Below, piece after piece: positions 38,359 through 47,424 of a DNA stretch of 64,000 nt (position 1 is the stretch's first letter; every line of letters begins with the position of its first letter). The notes under the pieces are model-generated. The model worked only from the letters and a program-made list of their open reading frames with translations, was not told the DNA's origin and ran no database searches. Where the stretch lies: IMG/VR virus record IMGVR_UViG_3300018004_000004, positions 124,001 to 188,000 of that record; one strand, given 5' to 3'. Both the position numbers and the translations under genes were made by a program.

Positions 38359-38526
38359 ATGTTCCATTCATTGAACTTGCATAATCAGATGTTGTATTCA
38401 CAGCTGGCGCGGGAACGTGACATCAACCCAAGGCTCAGTAGTATCAGTGTTGTCCGTGACTGGGCCATCATCTCCAATGAAGTGAATGACCGCCGTAAGT
38501 ACGAGATTATCAATCGTACTCGGTAG
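38359..38526 (+). CDS. Small hypothetical protein (first plus-strand gene)
   Basis: RBS AAGGAGA, 55 aa. Confidence 0.55.
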   Translation: MFHSLNLHNQMLYSQLARERDINPRLSSISVVRDWAIISNEVNDRRKYEIINRTR

Positions 38527-38604
38527 TCTGAGTAGTTGCCCTGTAAGTCGAGTGGCGTAGAGTTGTTATCTATTAACCGAAACTATCTATTAAGGAGACA
38601 TATC

Positions 38605-38895
38605 ATGTCACAAGTGAGACTGAGTATTCCTTTTGTTGGTGGCGTTACCAAGGTGTACGAGCAACAGGAGTTCAACAAGGAAATGAAGGCGATTGCGGAG
38701 AAGGCCAAGTATGCTTCTCTGGTCGCTGTCGGGCTGGCGTTGGTGGTCGCAGAGGTTGTTACCCGCAAGACTGCCAATGGTCTGACAGAGGCAGCCAATC
38801 TGGTGGCTGATGTGCATGATGACATCACCAAGAAGCAAGTCAAGAACAACGGGCTGCAGTATGAGCTCAGAGTTCTTAGTTCGCACGCTGCCTAG
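38605..38895 (+). CDS. Hypothetical protein
   Basis: RBS TAAGGAG, 96 aa. Confidence 0.6.
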   Translation: MSQVRLSIPFVGGVTKVYEQQEFNKEMKAIAEKAKYASLVAVGLALVVAEVVTRKTANGLTEAANLVADVHDDITKKQVKNNGLQYELRVLSSHAA

Positions 38896-38954
38896 TCCCC
38901 TGTCTGCTATCAGAGGTCACTAATGATAGCAGGCGGATGTACTAGGAGGTTGTC

Positions 38955-39188
38955 ATGAAATATAGTTTGATGTTGGCCTTCTTGCTGTGTGCCCAGGCTA
39001 ATGCCAAGGAGCCACCTGAGTTGGTTATCAAGTCGGCGCCGACGCATGCCAAGAAGCACCACAGCATGAAGCCAGCGTACTTGTTGAATCATCCCAATGA
39101 TTATGACAAGTGCATATTCACCCCAGAGCAGATGAAGGGCTCTGGATACAACACACTCAACCACATAGAGCAAGTGAAAGGAGCATGA
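38955..39188 (+). CDS. Small protein with signal peptide
   Basis: RBS AGGAGG; MKYSLMLAFLLCAQANA. Confidence 0.55.
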   Translation: MKYSLMLAFLLCAQANAKEPPELVIKSAPTHAKKHHSMKPAYLLNHPNDYDKCIFTPEQMKGSGYNTLNHIEQVKGA

Positions 39189-39430
39189 GCATGCCAGTGC
39201 TTGAACTCTTCAAGACTCTTCGTCCTATCTCTGATGGAACGAAGGATGGGAAGTGGCATCATCATCCTTGTAGCCGGCCGAAGACCAGCTGCAATCATCC
39301 GACAATGCCATGTGGCAAAGGCGCTGCGTTTGTCGTAGTCTGGACCAATGACTACGAAGCAGTGCTGTGCACAGACTGCGCTATTGAGCTCTTGCAACTG
39401 CAAGAACGTCAATGGCAGAAAGAGGCGTAA
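39185..39430 (+). CDS. Small Cys/His-rich protein
   Basis: RBS AAGGAG; HHHPC...C...C...CTDC. Confidence 0.55.
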   Translation: MSMPVLELFKTLRPISDGTKDGKWHHHPCSRPKTSCNHPTMPCGKGAAFVVVWTNDYEAVLCTDCAIELLQLQERQWQKEA

Positions 39431-39660
39431 TCGTGTTCATGAGAACTCAGTTTGAACTCAGCATCATGTCTTGGACTGATCTGCGTACGCATTACAATAC
39501 GTGTGCCAAGTCCAAGGCTTTGACGGAAGCCACAGGCGGGAAGCTCACGGAAGAGGAGCAAGCGTATTTCGATTACCTCTTCTATCTGGTGCAGGTGCAC
39601 TGTGAGAATCCCAACAATCGCAAGCCGTTGTCTGAAGTGCTCAAGCATTACAAGCAGTAG
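39412..39660 (+). CDS. Hypothetical protein
   Basis: 82-aa ORF. Confidence 0.5.
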   Translation: MAERGVIVFMRTQFELSIMSWTDLRTHYNTCAKSKALTEATGGKLTEEEQAYFDYLFYLVQVHCENPNNRKPLSEVLKHYKQ

Positions 39661-39671
39661 AAAGGACAGTC

Positions 39672-39902
39672 ATGATCCCCAATGGTGTTGTGCTGTGGGT
39701 GGCGCCGAATGGCACCACAATGATGAATCGTCTCGGCTACAAATCTGTATCCTATTTGACCTGGCTCATCGACGAAGAAGGTGATCGGGTCAATGGGTAT
39801 TCGATGCCGGAAGCCGATGCGTTGGCAGCGATTGAGTTGATCACGGAGTACAATGCACTTCCGTGCAACGATTGCTGCCACATCAAGGCCTATATCAAGT
39901 AG
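39672..39902 (+). CDS. Hypothetical protein
   Basis: 76-aa ORF with AAGGA RBS. Confidence 0.5.
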   Translation: MIPNGVVLWVAPNGTTMMNRLGYKSVSYLTWLIDEEGDRVNGYSMPEADALAAIELITEYNALPCNDCCHIKAYIK

Positions 39903-39947
39903 AAGTGCAGCAGGCATGGCGCTGTATGAGTCCATGCACAAGGAGTA

Positions 39948-42860
39948 GTGATGAATCAACGTTACCACGTTGTATTCGAAGGAGAGAATAAAGTAACAAC
40001 TCGCCGTCCTTGGAAGGGACGCGGTGTTGAGCTTTATTCCTCCAGCGGTGATCCAGCAAGAGGCATACCAGCGATGTTTGGTTCTCATGAAGTGCGTCAG
40101 TTTCTTGAGAACCTCGGGCCATTCATCGTAGCATCGATGGACAATCCCGCAGTCGCAGCTCAGATCCTTGATGAAGGGTATGTGGTAACAGACCCTGATT
40201 CAGGTGCGAAGAGCAAGTGGTATGTTGGTGGTTATTTCGTCCGCGACGACGGTGCAGTGTATATCATGCTGCCCGAAGTCACAACCGATGCCCAGTTTCG
40301 TTCTAAGCTGGGTTTGCATATTGACCTAAACGATCAGTGGGGCAATAGCTTCAAGGTAGGTAAGTATCTGAAGCGCTTGTTCTCACATCATCGTAAGTTC
40401 ATGCAAGGTGAAGTCGTGAAGGAGCTCGACAATGTCGTGCTCGTACGGCTGAAGAGTGGCAAAGTGATCAGTGTGAAATATGCTGATCATGGCGCGCTCA
40501 CAGATGGCATGAACCTCGTGTCAACACATTGCATGAAGCTCATGGGTCTTAACAAGACCATGGGTGCTGGCCTTAGGATCACGGCGTTGAGTCCTAAGGG
40601 ATTCAGCAAAGGCCATGCGATTGTACTGCCGGAGCTGCAGCATGATGTCGTGCTGTTCAACTCTAAGAAGCTGCTGACAGGTGATCAGTTCACCTTCGGC
40701 ATGGATTGGTTGCATAGCGGTGCAGTATTCACTGATATGCAATCAGTCATTAACTTCAGGTTCGCAAACACCAGCTTCTTGTCGCAGTGGGACAAGGAGT
40801 TTCTGGAGACAGTAGTCGATGCTATTGAAGATGAGGATAAGCTGAAGCGTATGCTTCAGTTCTATCATGTGGAGTTCCACAAACAGCGGGACGATGACGG
40901 AGACATGCAGTTCATTCAGAAGGACAAAGAGTGGGCACTGTTGCGTGCATTGCGCGGTGGTGTGAAGATTCAAGATCACCCAGCGCTTGTGCGTAAGGTG
41001 TTCCATCTATTTGCCGACAAGGTTCGCAACTGCGAAACCAACATTCGTGTGCCTATACCTGAGACAGCAGGTGGTGCACGTTATGCTTTGGTTGATCCTA
41101 CCATCTTCGATATGTGGGGTGATCCCACTCTCGAAGGTACTCTGAAGAATGACCAGGTATATTGCGCTGGCGATGTTGGCAGCGTGGTATTCCACAGGCA
41201 GCCGAATGCGCATCGTGACGAGCATTATATCGCGCGCGCAACAAGCAATGAATATCTGAAAGCTATGGACACTGGATGTTTCATGTTCATATCCAAGGAT
41301 ATCATCAAGCCAAGCCTGGCCAAGCTAGGTGGTGGTGATCAGGATGATCGCCTTGTGTATTACAAGGACCCAGCAGTTGTGGAACACTTCAGGCAACTGG
41401 AGCTGGATCCATATCCCACAGTGCCTCTGGTTGAGAAGCCAGAGCCACCAAAGCGTTCCAATGCATTTGCACACAGACTGCATCGCACACCGATCTATGA
41501 TCGGACTCAGCTGCTGATGATGTTGGATCAGATGAAGAACCAGAGTCTGCATATTGGCTTCGTTGTTAATGCTGGTATGCATGACACTGTGCTGACGGAT
41601 AATAGGGCAGAGATCACCAGGAATCTGGAGGCTCTGCCAAAGACACTGAAGAATCAATCTGCCTATGAATGGTTCACAACCAAGTATCAGAACTATACGC
41701 TGCGTGAACCAATGTCCAGGTTGGAGTTGGTCATTGACGCGGTCAAGAAGACTGGTGCTGATCTGGCTGGTATTCGTGACCAGGTGAAGAAGTTCAATGA
41801 CACATTCGAAGTCGTGGCTGAGTTCATGACGCGCGGCGGTAGGTATGATGGGAGAATCCCATTGTCTCGCCGCGGTGACAGCCATCCAGTTATGGTCCGT
41901 ACCATTGTGGATGATAAGCTGGATGAACTCAAGCGACTGAGGCAAGACCTGGAAGATATCATCACTGATATCTCTTGGCAAATGATACCGCCAGTGGCGG
42001 AGGAAATACTGACATGCCCGTGCTATGAAGAGCAGGCGACTCAGCTGGCGTATGCCATGCGTCAGGAGTATCGCAATCAGTGGGCCAATCTGAGTAAGGA
42101 GATTGAGCGCACTGGTGACAAGGCAGAAGTAAAGAAGACCATAGATGCGTACATGAAGATCGACAAGGCGATGTATGAGCGCTTCGCTCCACATCCGCTG
42201 ATCATCGATGCCATGGTCAAGCTGTATATCATGGTGTATGAATCCAGGAAGCCAGAGGCGCCAAGGGACGAAGATGGTCGTCCTATTAAGTTTGGTGATG
42301 GTATCCTCTGGGGCCCGAGAATGTCCGGCCTGACCCTGCGCATGATGGAGCGCGCAGGGCTGGCTGGGCGGTTCACTGAGATCACATTCGAGGATGAAGT
42401 CAAACACCTCCGTAAGGAGAGCCTCGATGTGGTTATTGATCAGGGTATTGTACGCCAGGAGGGTACCAATATCTTGGTGGGTACCATTGACCCAATGGCC
42501 GATGGTGCTAAGAAGGCAGAGAAAGGATGGGTGAAGGTGGCAGCAAGGGATGCATATCCCTATGAACCAGAACCCAGGTACATGATCCTGCGAGTAGTTA
42601 ATGGCATGCATGCCAAGGGTGCGTCTCCAGTTGAGATCGCACAGTGGCGTGATCATGCTAACGAACAGGTCGAACTAGTTCCTTTCATCTGGACGAACCC
42701 GGAGAATGAAGAAGAACACGCAGTTCGCGTGGTGCTCAATGGCCAGGATTATGGCTATATCGATCGCAAGGACAACACGTATGTCACTGAAAAGACTATG
42801 GGTTGGCTATTGCCGGGCACAACACCAAAGACCATGGGAGTATTGGTCTATGAAAGGTAG
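39948..42860 (+). CDS. Putative single-subunit two-barrel RNA polymerase (YonO/cellular RdRP-like)
   Basis: 970 aa; ordered motifs LTDGMNLVS, LRI...KGFSKG, FHRQPN, LGGGDQDDR, matching the TDG..IS, R...KG, R.P and GG.D.DGD motifs of QDE-1-type RdRP/YonO. Confidence 0.7.
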   Translation: MMNQRYHVVFEGENKVTTRRPWKGRGVELYSSSGDPARGIPAMFGSHEVRQFLENLGPFIVASMDNPAVAAQILDEGYVVTDPDSGAKSKWYVGGYFVRDDGAVYIMLPEVTTDAQFRSKLGLHIDLNDQWGNSFKVGKYLKRLFSHHRKFMQGEVVKELDNVVLVRLKSGKVISVKYADHGALTDGMNLVSTHCMKLMGLNKTMGAGLRITALSPKGFSKGHAIVLPELQHDVVLFNSKKLLTGDQFTFGMDWLHSGAVFTDMQSVINFRFANTSFLSQWDKEFLETVVDAIEDEDKLKRMLQFYHVEFHKQRDDDGDMQFIQKDKEWALLRALRGGVKIQDHPALVRKVFHLFADKVRNCETNIRVPIPETAGGARYALVDPTIFDMWGDPTLEGTLKNDQVYCAGDVGSVVFHRQPNAHRDEHYIARATSNEYLKAMDTGCFMFISKDIIKPSLAKLGGGDQDDRLVYYKDPAVVEHFRQLELDPYPTVPLVEKPEPPKRSNAFAHRLHRTPIYDRTQLLMMLDQMKNQSLHIGFVVNAGMHDTVLTDNRAEITRNLEALPKTLKNQSAYEWFTTKYQNYTLREPMSRLELVIDAVKKTGADLAGIRDQVKKFNDTFEVVAEFMTRGGRYDGRIPLSRRGDSHPVMVRTIVDDKLDELKRLRQDLEDIITDISWQMIPPVAEEILTCPCYEEQATQLAYAMRQEYRNQWANLSKEIERTGDKAEVKKTIDAYMKIDKAMYERFAPHPLIIDAMVKLYIMVYESRKPEAPRDEDGRPIKFGDGILWGPRMSGLTLRMMERAGLAGRFTEITFEDEVKHLRKESLDVVIDQGIVRQEGTNILVGTIDPMADGAKKAEKGWVKVAARDAYPYEPEPRYMILRVVNGMHAKGASPVEIAQWRDHANEQVELVPFIWTNPENEEEHAVRVVLNGQDYGYIDRKDNTYVTEKTMGWLLPGTTPKTMGVLVYER

Positions 42861-42925
42861 ACCATATACATGCCCACATTCCATTGTACTCTTTTCGACG
42901 TAGTTGTTTGGATTGACCGGTATTC

Positions 42926-43037
42926 GGGGCCTATTACCTTTATGGGCCCCGATCCCATTGATTTGATGGGATTTACCATCATTTGATGGGTGTATTTAGG
43001 CCCTGTTTTATGGTGTAAAATAAGCCCATTTATGGGC
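42926..43037. repeat. Cluster of short inverted repeats with a CCCAT/ATGGG core
   Basis: Palindromes at 42926-50, 42952-72, 42976-89 and 43024-37; direct repeat ATTTGATGGG at 42961 and 42981. Confidence 0.7.
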
Positions 43038-43050
43038 ACAAGGAGAAGTC

Positions 43051-43491
43051 ATGACTCAACTCAATCGGTATGCATCACGCTCTAACTTCAACAATCAGAA
43101 GACGTTCGGTCGTCGTTGGACATCGAACTTTCGTCGGCAGTCTGGTCTGATCATTGCTGTGCTCGATCGTGGCTATTTGCCACAGAGCCACAACGATCTG
43201 CCCAAGCCGTTCTGTTCCTTCAAGGTCGAGACGGACACCGGCAAGCGCTACATCGTGCGCTTGGAAGGCCGGCAGGCCCTGGACTTCACCGGAGAAGTTG
43301 GTCAGCTCATGTACTACGAAGGCGTCTTCAAGGGGCGCTTCGTGGACAAGACTGGCAAATATCACGGTGAGTACTGGTCCGCCACGTTCGCCGAGATCGA
43401 CAACAAGGAAATCGACGAGTATGTTGCTCATCTGACAGCAGTTAAGCTGCGGATGGACAAGGAAGCGCAGGACGCCGCCGAGCAGAAGTAA
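43051..43491 (+). CDS. Putative OB-fold ssDNA-binding protein
   Basis: Beta-strand pattern FCSFKVET...YIVRLEG.QA...GQLMYYEG.F; acidic C-terminus; strong codon bias. Confidence 0.4.
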   Translation: MTQLNRYASRSNFNNQKTFGRRWTSNFRRQSGLIIAVLDRGYLPQSHNDLPKPFCSFKVETDTGKRYIVRLEGRQALDFTGEVGQLMYYEGVFKGRFVDKTGKYHGEYWSATFAEIDNKEIDEYVAHLTAVKLRMDKEAQDAAEQK

Positions 43492-43505
43492 ATAATCAGT
43501 GTAGT

Positions 43506-43562
43506 CAGTGGATCTGGGGCTCATCCTAACTGCCTTCATGGCATGGTGAGCCCCATTCACTG
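43506..43562 (+). other. Long imperfect hairpin
   Basis: CAGTGGAT/ATTCACTG + GGGGCTCA/TGAGCCCC + TGCC/GGCA. Confidence 0.55.
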
Positions 43563-43734
43563 TGTAAATATTACATGAAGTGCTTTAGATTCACTGGGAT
43601 ACGCTGAGGTGACCATATTTGGGCAGATGGAGAGAGAAGCACCACCATAGATTCAAGTCCCTGAAATAAAGATAAGGGACTTAGCACCCATGTGTATTGA
43701 ATAGAGATTCGTTGAAAACAAAGGAGTTATAGCC

Positions 43735-43917
43735 ATGGGTATTACGATATGTGAGGCCAAGAGAGCATTGAGGCGTGGGAATGTAGTGATAGATCCTCGG
43801 CCCTTCAATCCTACTGTCTACTATCTCTTTAGGGATATACAAGAAGGACGTACCCACGCGCAGCTGGCCGGTTTTCTGAAGGGCTGTTACATCGCTCGAG
43901 AGATCGAAAGGAGATAG
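43735..43917 (+). CDS. Hypothetical protein
   Basis: RBS AAGGAG, 60 aa. Confidence 0.5.
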   Translation: MGITICEAKRALRRGNVVIDPRPFNPTVYYLFRDIQEGRTHAQLAGFLKGCYIAREIERR

Positions 43918-43922
43918 CTACC

Positions 43923-44279
43923 ATGTGCAATAGACTGAGTGATCTGGGATTGAAGGCACTGGAAATCAATAAAGAGGAGAAGACTGTGTTGGTTACAGCA
44001 TTAAAGCTCCTCGATTGCAAAGCCAAGGCCATGCAGCATGATACTGCATCCATGCTGAATGAAGAGCGAGAACTGAACTGTGTTGTCCTCTCTCATATCT
44101 GTGATCAACTAACAGATAGAATAGAGACGCTGTTTGCTCCGCCGGCGCCTCCTGAAGTGCTCGTTGATCACCATGTGGCCATTCATGGACGCAACCCAGG
44201 ACCAGCTGACCTGGATCCTGTAGTGGATTGTGGCTGTGGGTTTTCCCATCGCCGATCGGAACGCTGCGGTCCGTGGTAA
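43923..44279 (+). CDS. Hypothetical protein
   Basis: RBS AAGGAG, 118 aa. Confidence 0.55.
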   Translation: MCNRLSDLGLKALEINKEEKTVLVTALKLLDCKAKAMQHDTASMLNEERELNCVVLSHICDQLTDRIETLFAPPAPPEVLVDHHVAIHGRNPGPADLDPVVDCGCGFSHRRSERCGPW

Positions 44280-44289
44280 TACGATATTA

Positions 44290-44449
44290 CCAGAGGAATG
44301 CCCAGATAGTATCTGGGACCGAAGTGTGAGCTAGGTATGCAAGTTCGATCCAATGCCTCTGCCTAGTCATTTCCCGCGGGTTGGGCTGCAACTCACACGC
44401 TGAAGGCCCACAACAACCTTCCTACATGGTAATGTAGGCATTCCTCTGG
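44290..44449 (+). ncRNA. Candidate multibranched structured RNA (unassigned)
   Basis: Perfect 13-bp closing helix CCAGAGGAATGCC/GGCATTCCTCTGG with internal stems CCCAGAT/ATCTGGG, GTGTGAG/CTCACAC, CTAGG/CCTAG, CCTACAT/ATGTAGG. Confidence 0.55.
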
Positions 44450-44471
44450 ACTTGTCTTAAGGAGATTGATC

Positions 44472-44729
44472 ATGTCAGTCTGTGCTTATACGTTGATTGA
44501 GCTCGAGGCCATTATTGGCAACGAGTTGACTAATCATCCCAACTTCTGTGACTCCAGGAACTATTGGGCCTGGGAAGAATATGTAGCTATCCCTGCTCTG
44601 CGGGGATTTGGCTACAAGATACTCGACAACCACTTCCGTACATTGGAAGGGGATAGCTGTGGTCCTTTGACCCGCGGTATTCGAGTGCAGAGTTCAACCG
44701 GCCTTGTTCGCATGGCCTGGTATGGGTAA
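44472..44729 (+). CDS. Hypothetical protein
   Basis: RBS TAAGGAG; GD..GP..R.I motif. Confidence 0.55.
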   Translation: MSVCAYTLIELEAIIGNELTNHPNFCDSRNYWAWEEYVAIPALRGFGYKILDNHFRTLEGDSCGPLTRGIRVQSSTGLVRMAWYG

Positions 44730-44738
44730 GGAGGATAC

Positions 44739-44873
44739 ATGCCCACTTCTGCTGCCATCATACTGATTGCAATAGTACTTGGCCTTGATTATGGCCTGTG
44801 GTTTCTTGTGCTGCCACGTATCAGGCAGCACTCAAAGAAAGGACAATCTGATGTGCGTTCTATGCGCGCGTGA
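44739..44873 (+). CDS. Small single-pass membrane peptide (44 aa)
   Basis: Hand translation MPTSAAIILIAIVLGLDYGLWFLVLPRIRQHSKK...; RBS AAGGAGG. Confidence 0.55.
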   Translation: MPTSAAIILIAIVLGLDYGLWFLVLPRIRQHSKKGQSDVRSMRA

Positions 44874-45243
44874 GCTGAGCAAGAAGATGCCGCAACATCC
44901 AGGTGTTACCATCCTCAAGAGCATTGCTCATGAGTTCAAATGCCCTGCAATGAAAGCATTAGAGGATCTCACTCCCTCAGGTTCTGAGTTCGTGAACGAT
45001 CCTACTTTCTGTCATGCCTATCTTCGTAGGCGACTGACCACAGCTTGGGAGTTGCTCAAGCAAAAGACCATTCACCTGCATAATATGCAGAAGCAGATTG
45101 ACCTCCTCGAACAAATAATCAAGGAAACTACTAAGTTTGCCCCAACTGAAATGGCGCCACGCACTTGCAAATACACCGACTGTGGCAAGATCACCACACG
45201 CACAGCCTTTGGCCTATGCACAGAATGTGGGAGGTTCCAATGA
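44851..45243 (+). CDS. Hypothetical protein with C-terminal zinc ribbon
   Basis: CKYTDC...CTEC. Confidence 0.55.
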   Translation: MCVLCARELSKKMPQHPGVTILKSIAHEFKCPAMKALEDLTPSGSEFVNDPTFCHAYLRRRLTTAWELLKQKTIHLHNMQKQIDLLEQIIKETTKFAPTEMAPRTCKYTDCGKITTRTAFGLCTECGRFQ

Positions 45244-45458
45244 GTGTGTACAAACTGTGTCCCAGTTGCAAAGAAGTGCACGACTGGTCTGTCCCCTGCA
45301 AAGCCATGGCAAAGGCTGAGCAGGATGCAATAGACCATGGCCAGATCTGTGCTGTTCTATTTGCTACCAGCGCAGAGATCGATGGTGTTGATCATGGCCA
45401 TCGTGTTGGCCCATGTCCAAACCTGTCGCAGTATGACGGAGATCGGAGTGATTTATGA
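45240..45458 (+). CDS. Small Cys-rich protein
   Basis: CPSC...C; overlapping stop/start. Confidence 0.5.
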   Translation: MSVYKLCPSCKEVHDWSVPCKAMAKAEQDAIDHGQICAVLFATSAEIDGVDHGHRVGPCPNLSQYDGDRSDL

Positions 45459-45754
45459 CCGTTCAGGTCATTGCATCAAAGAAAGGCATTGAGATTGGCA
45501 TAGCCGAGACCACAGTGAATGAGTATCAAGAACCACTGTCTACCTGGTCCGGCCGGCCAGTCAAAGAGCTCACGAATGATGAGCTCCAGCTGTTGTGGTT
45601 CAAGCTCGACAAGTATTTGGATACTCAGATACTTACCGAGATCTACGTCGAGATGAATATGCGTGGAATACCGCGCATTCAATGCACCAACTGCCGCTGG
45701 CCTTTAGTAACAGACCATGATGGCACTTGCTCGCATTGTGGCATCTTGCAATAG
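45455..45754 (+). CDS. Hypothetical protein with zinc ribbon
   Basis: CTNC...CSHC. Confidence 0.55.
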   Translation: MTVQVIASKKGIEIGIAETTVNEYQEPLSTWSGRPVKELTNDELQLLWFKLDKYLDTQILTEIYVEMNMRGIPRIQCTNCRWPLVTDHDGTCSHCGILQ

Positions 45755-45762
45755 GAGAGCAC

Positions 45763-45858
45763 ATGATATATACGATCGTAGGTGTGCTCTTGATGTTTGT
45801 CTTCAGCCTCGTCACTCCCAGGAAAGGAGGACCCAATGATTTCATGGGTCGCAAGTAA
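45763..45858 (+). CDS. Small membrane peptide (31 aa)
   Basis: MIYTIVGVLLMFVFSLVTPRKGG...; RBS AGGAGA. Confidence 0.45.
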   Translation: MIYTIVGVLLMFVFSLVTPRKGGPNDFMGRK

Positions 45859-46162
45859 GCTACTCGCTACGTTGTTCCCGCCCAAAGCCAAGAAGATCAA
45901 GAAGATACATGGCCTTGATACTTGGCTGCTCTTCAGAGCACTTGAGGACGGACATCTTCAGCCAGAGCCAACAGGGTTAGTGTTGGCTAATGGCACACAG
46001 ATCCCCGATGATTCGGGGTGCGGCCGCGTGTTCGAGTATCGACAGGGTTGGTTCAAGAAACCAACCATCATCAAGGATCACAGAGGTGAACACCGTGTAT
46101 CTCACAGGCAAAATGAACGGGATAACATTCAACGTTCAGATCTTACCTACGGGCAGGCGTGA
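45836..46162 (+). CDS. Hypothetical protein
   Basis: RBS AAGGAGG, 108 aa. Confidence 0.5.
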   Translation: MISWVASKLLATLFPPKAKKIKKIHGLDTWLLFRALEDGHLQPEPTGLVLANGTQIPDDSGCGRVFEYRQGWFKKPTIIKDHRGEHRVSHRQNERDNIQRSDLTYGQA

Positions 46163-46304
46163 TCAGGAAGCCAAGGCTGAGGATATTAAGCCTTATCCTG
46201 GCGCCGCGACCTTCAATGAAAACCATCCTGTCTCTGCTGATCCAGAGGATGTGAAGCAGAGCATTCCCAGGAAACAAGTGCATCGTGTCAAAAGAAAGAG
46301 GTGA
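46086..46304 (+). CDS. Hypothetical protein
   Basis: GTG start; overlaps the previous gene. Confidence 0.35.
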   Translation: MNTVYLTGKMNGITFNVQILPTGRRDQEAKAEDIKPYPGAATFNENHPVSADPEDVKQSIPRKQVHRVKRKR

Positions 46305-46308
46305 GCTC

Positions 46309-46674
46309 ATGCAGTTCATCAAGACCTGGATTCTCAGGTATAAGCTCGCGCGCATTTTCAAGCGCGCTGAGCAAGCTGTTGATCTCGGCCGTCAGCCGGG
46401 AGATGAGGTGTTTGTTCAGCTGTATGAACAGGCACTGAAGCTGGCATTGTGGCATCATGCCCAGTTCAAAGACTTCGTCATTGCAGCCGAGGTGCCGGCC
46501 CTGGCCGACTTGGAAAAACTAACGATCAAGCCGGTGCCAGTAGACAATACCCAGAAAGCAAAGCTGGCAGTTCTTATTGCTGCGGCTTTGCCTGTGGTGC
46601 TTGGCACTCTGACCGGCATTGGAATCGGAACATGTCATCTTTGGATGCATCTGTTCCGGTTGATCGGAGGCTAG
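46309..46674 (+). CDS. Membrane protein (C-terminal TM)
   Basis: LAVLIAAALPVVLGTLTGIGIG. Confidence 0.55.
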   Translation: MQFIKTWILRYKLARIFKRAEQAVDLGRQPGDEVFVQLYEQALKLALWHHAQFKDFVIAAEVPALADLEKLTIKPVPVDNTQKAKLAVLIAAALPVVLGTLTGIGIGTCHLWMHLFRLIGG

Positions 46675-46675
46675 T

Positions 46676-46996
46676 ATGTTGCTGCCTGCTGGCGTTGCAG
46701 TAGTCATAATACTGGCCATCCGTAACTTCTGGCGTAACAACTTCTCTCAGGCTCCCAAGTATGTGAAGCAGAGAGAAGAGGACGCCAAGCGCTTGGCTGA
46801 TCCTGCCAACAAGCTGCCTACCTTCAAGGAGGCAGCAGACACGATTGTGAAGACATACAAGGCGCCTGAATCTGAGCGCATACAGTGGCGCCAAGAGTGG
46901 GCACAGAAGCAAACAAGCCTTGAGAACAAGGCTGTTGCCTTGGCATTCGGTATTCTGATTGCCATGCTTGCTATAGGCGCGCTGCTGGCCCATTAG
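46676..46996 (+). CDS. Membrane protein (N- and C-terminal TM)
   Basis: Two hydrophobic helices. Confidence 0.55.
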   Translation: MLLPAGVAVVIILAIRNFWRNNFSQAPKYVKQREEDAKRLADPANKLPTFKEAADTIVKTYKAPESERIQWRQEWAQKQTSLENKAVALAFGILIAMLAIGALLAH

Positions 46997-47007
46997 AAAG
47001 GAGGCCT

Positions 47008-47385
47008 ATGATCATTGAGATCCTAGCAGTTGTTGGCTATGAAGTAGTCACAACTGCAGCTGCGATGCTGGGCCTCAAAGCTTTATCTGGCAACAATATA
47101 CAACGCCAGATGCTTGGCCTCAAACAACCAAAGAGATTGCCCGTTGTTGATGGCTATCTCAAGCGTCAGCTTGGTGGGACCACCAAGATGGAAGAAAGAC
47201 TGTCTCGAAAGGCAGTCAAGGTCATCAATCATATCAGCCAGTATCAGGCATTCCGAATGCTCCTGATCATGGCAGGGAGGAAGATCCGTGAGGCACAAGC
47301 TAACGTGGAAACACGTCCTCGTGGTAGCCGCGGCGATTTTGGTGCCTGGAGCGCTCACAGCTACAGGCGCTTACTTGGCCTATAA
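47008..47385 (+). CDS. Membrane-anchored basic protein
   Basis: RBS AAGGAGG. Confidence 0.55.
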   Translation: MIIEILAVVGYEVVTTAAAMLGLKALSGNNIQRQMLGLKQPKRLPVVDGYLKRQLGGTTKMEERLSRKAVKVINHISQYQAFRMLLIMAGRKIREAQANVETRPRGSRGDFGAWSAHSYRRLLGL

Positions 47386-47424
47386 GGCCTTCAAGAACAA
47401 ACAGTCCAAAGGAAAGGAGACGTC

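Noticed and set aside
41325-42656. 443-aa antisense ORF inside the RNAP-like gene (also 10858..11625 +, 1886..2695 +, 52861..53829 - and similar)
   Set aside because: These are shadows of codon-biased genes on the opposite strand, with no RBS context and non-protein-like composition
44338-44356. GTTCGATCC T-loop-like segment suggesting a tRNA
   Set aside because: No cloverleaf, anticodon arm or acceptor stem with CCA; I recognised no tRNA genes in the window
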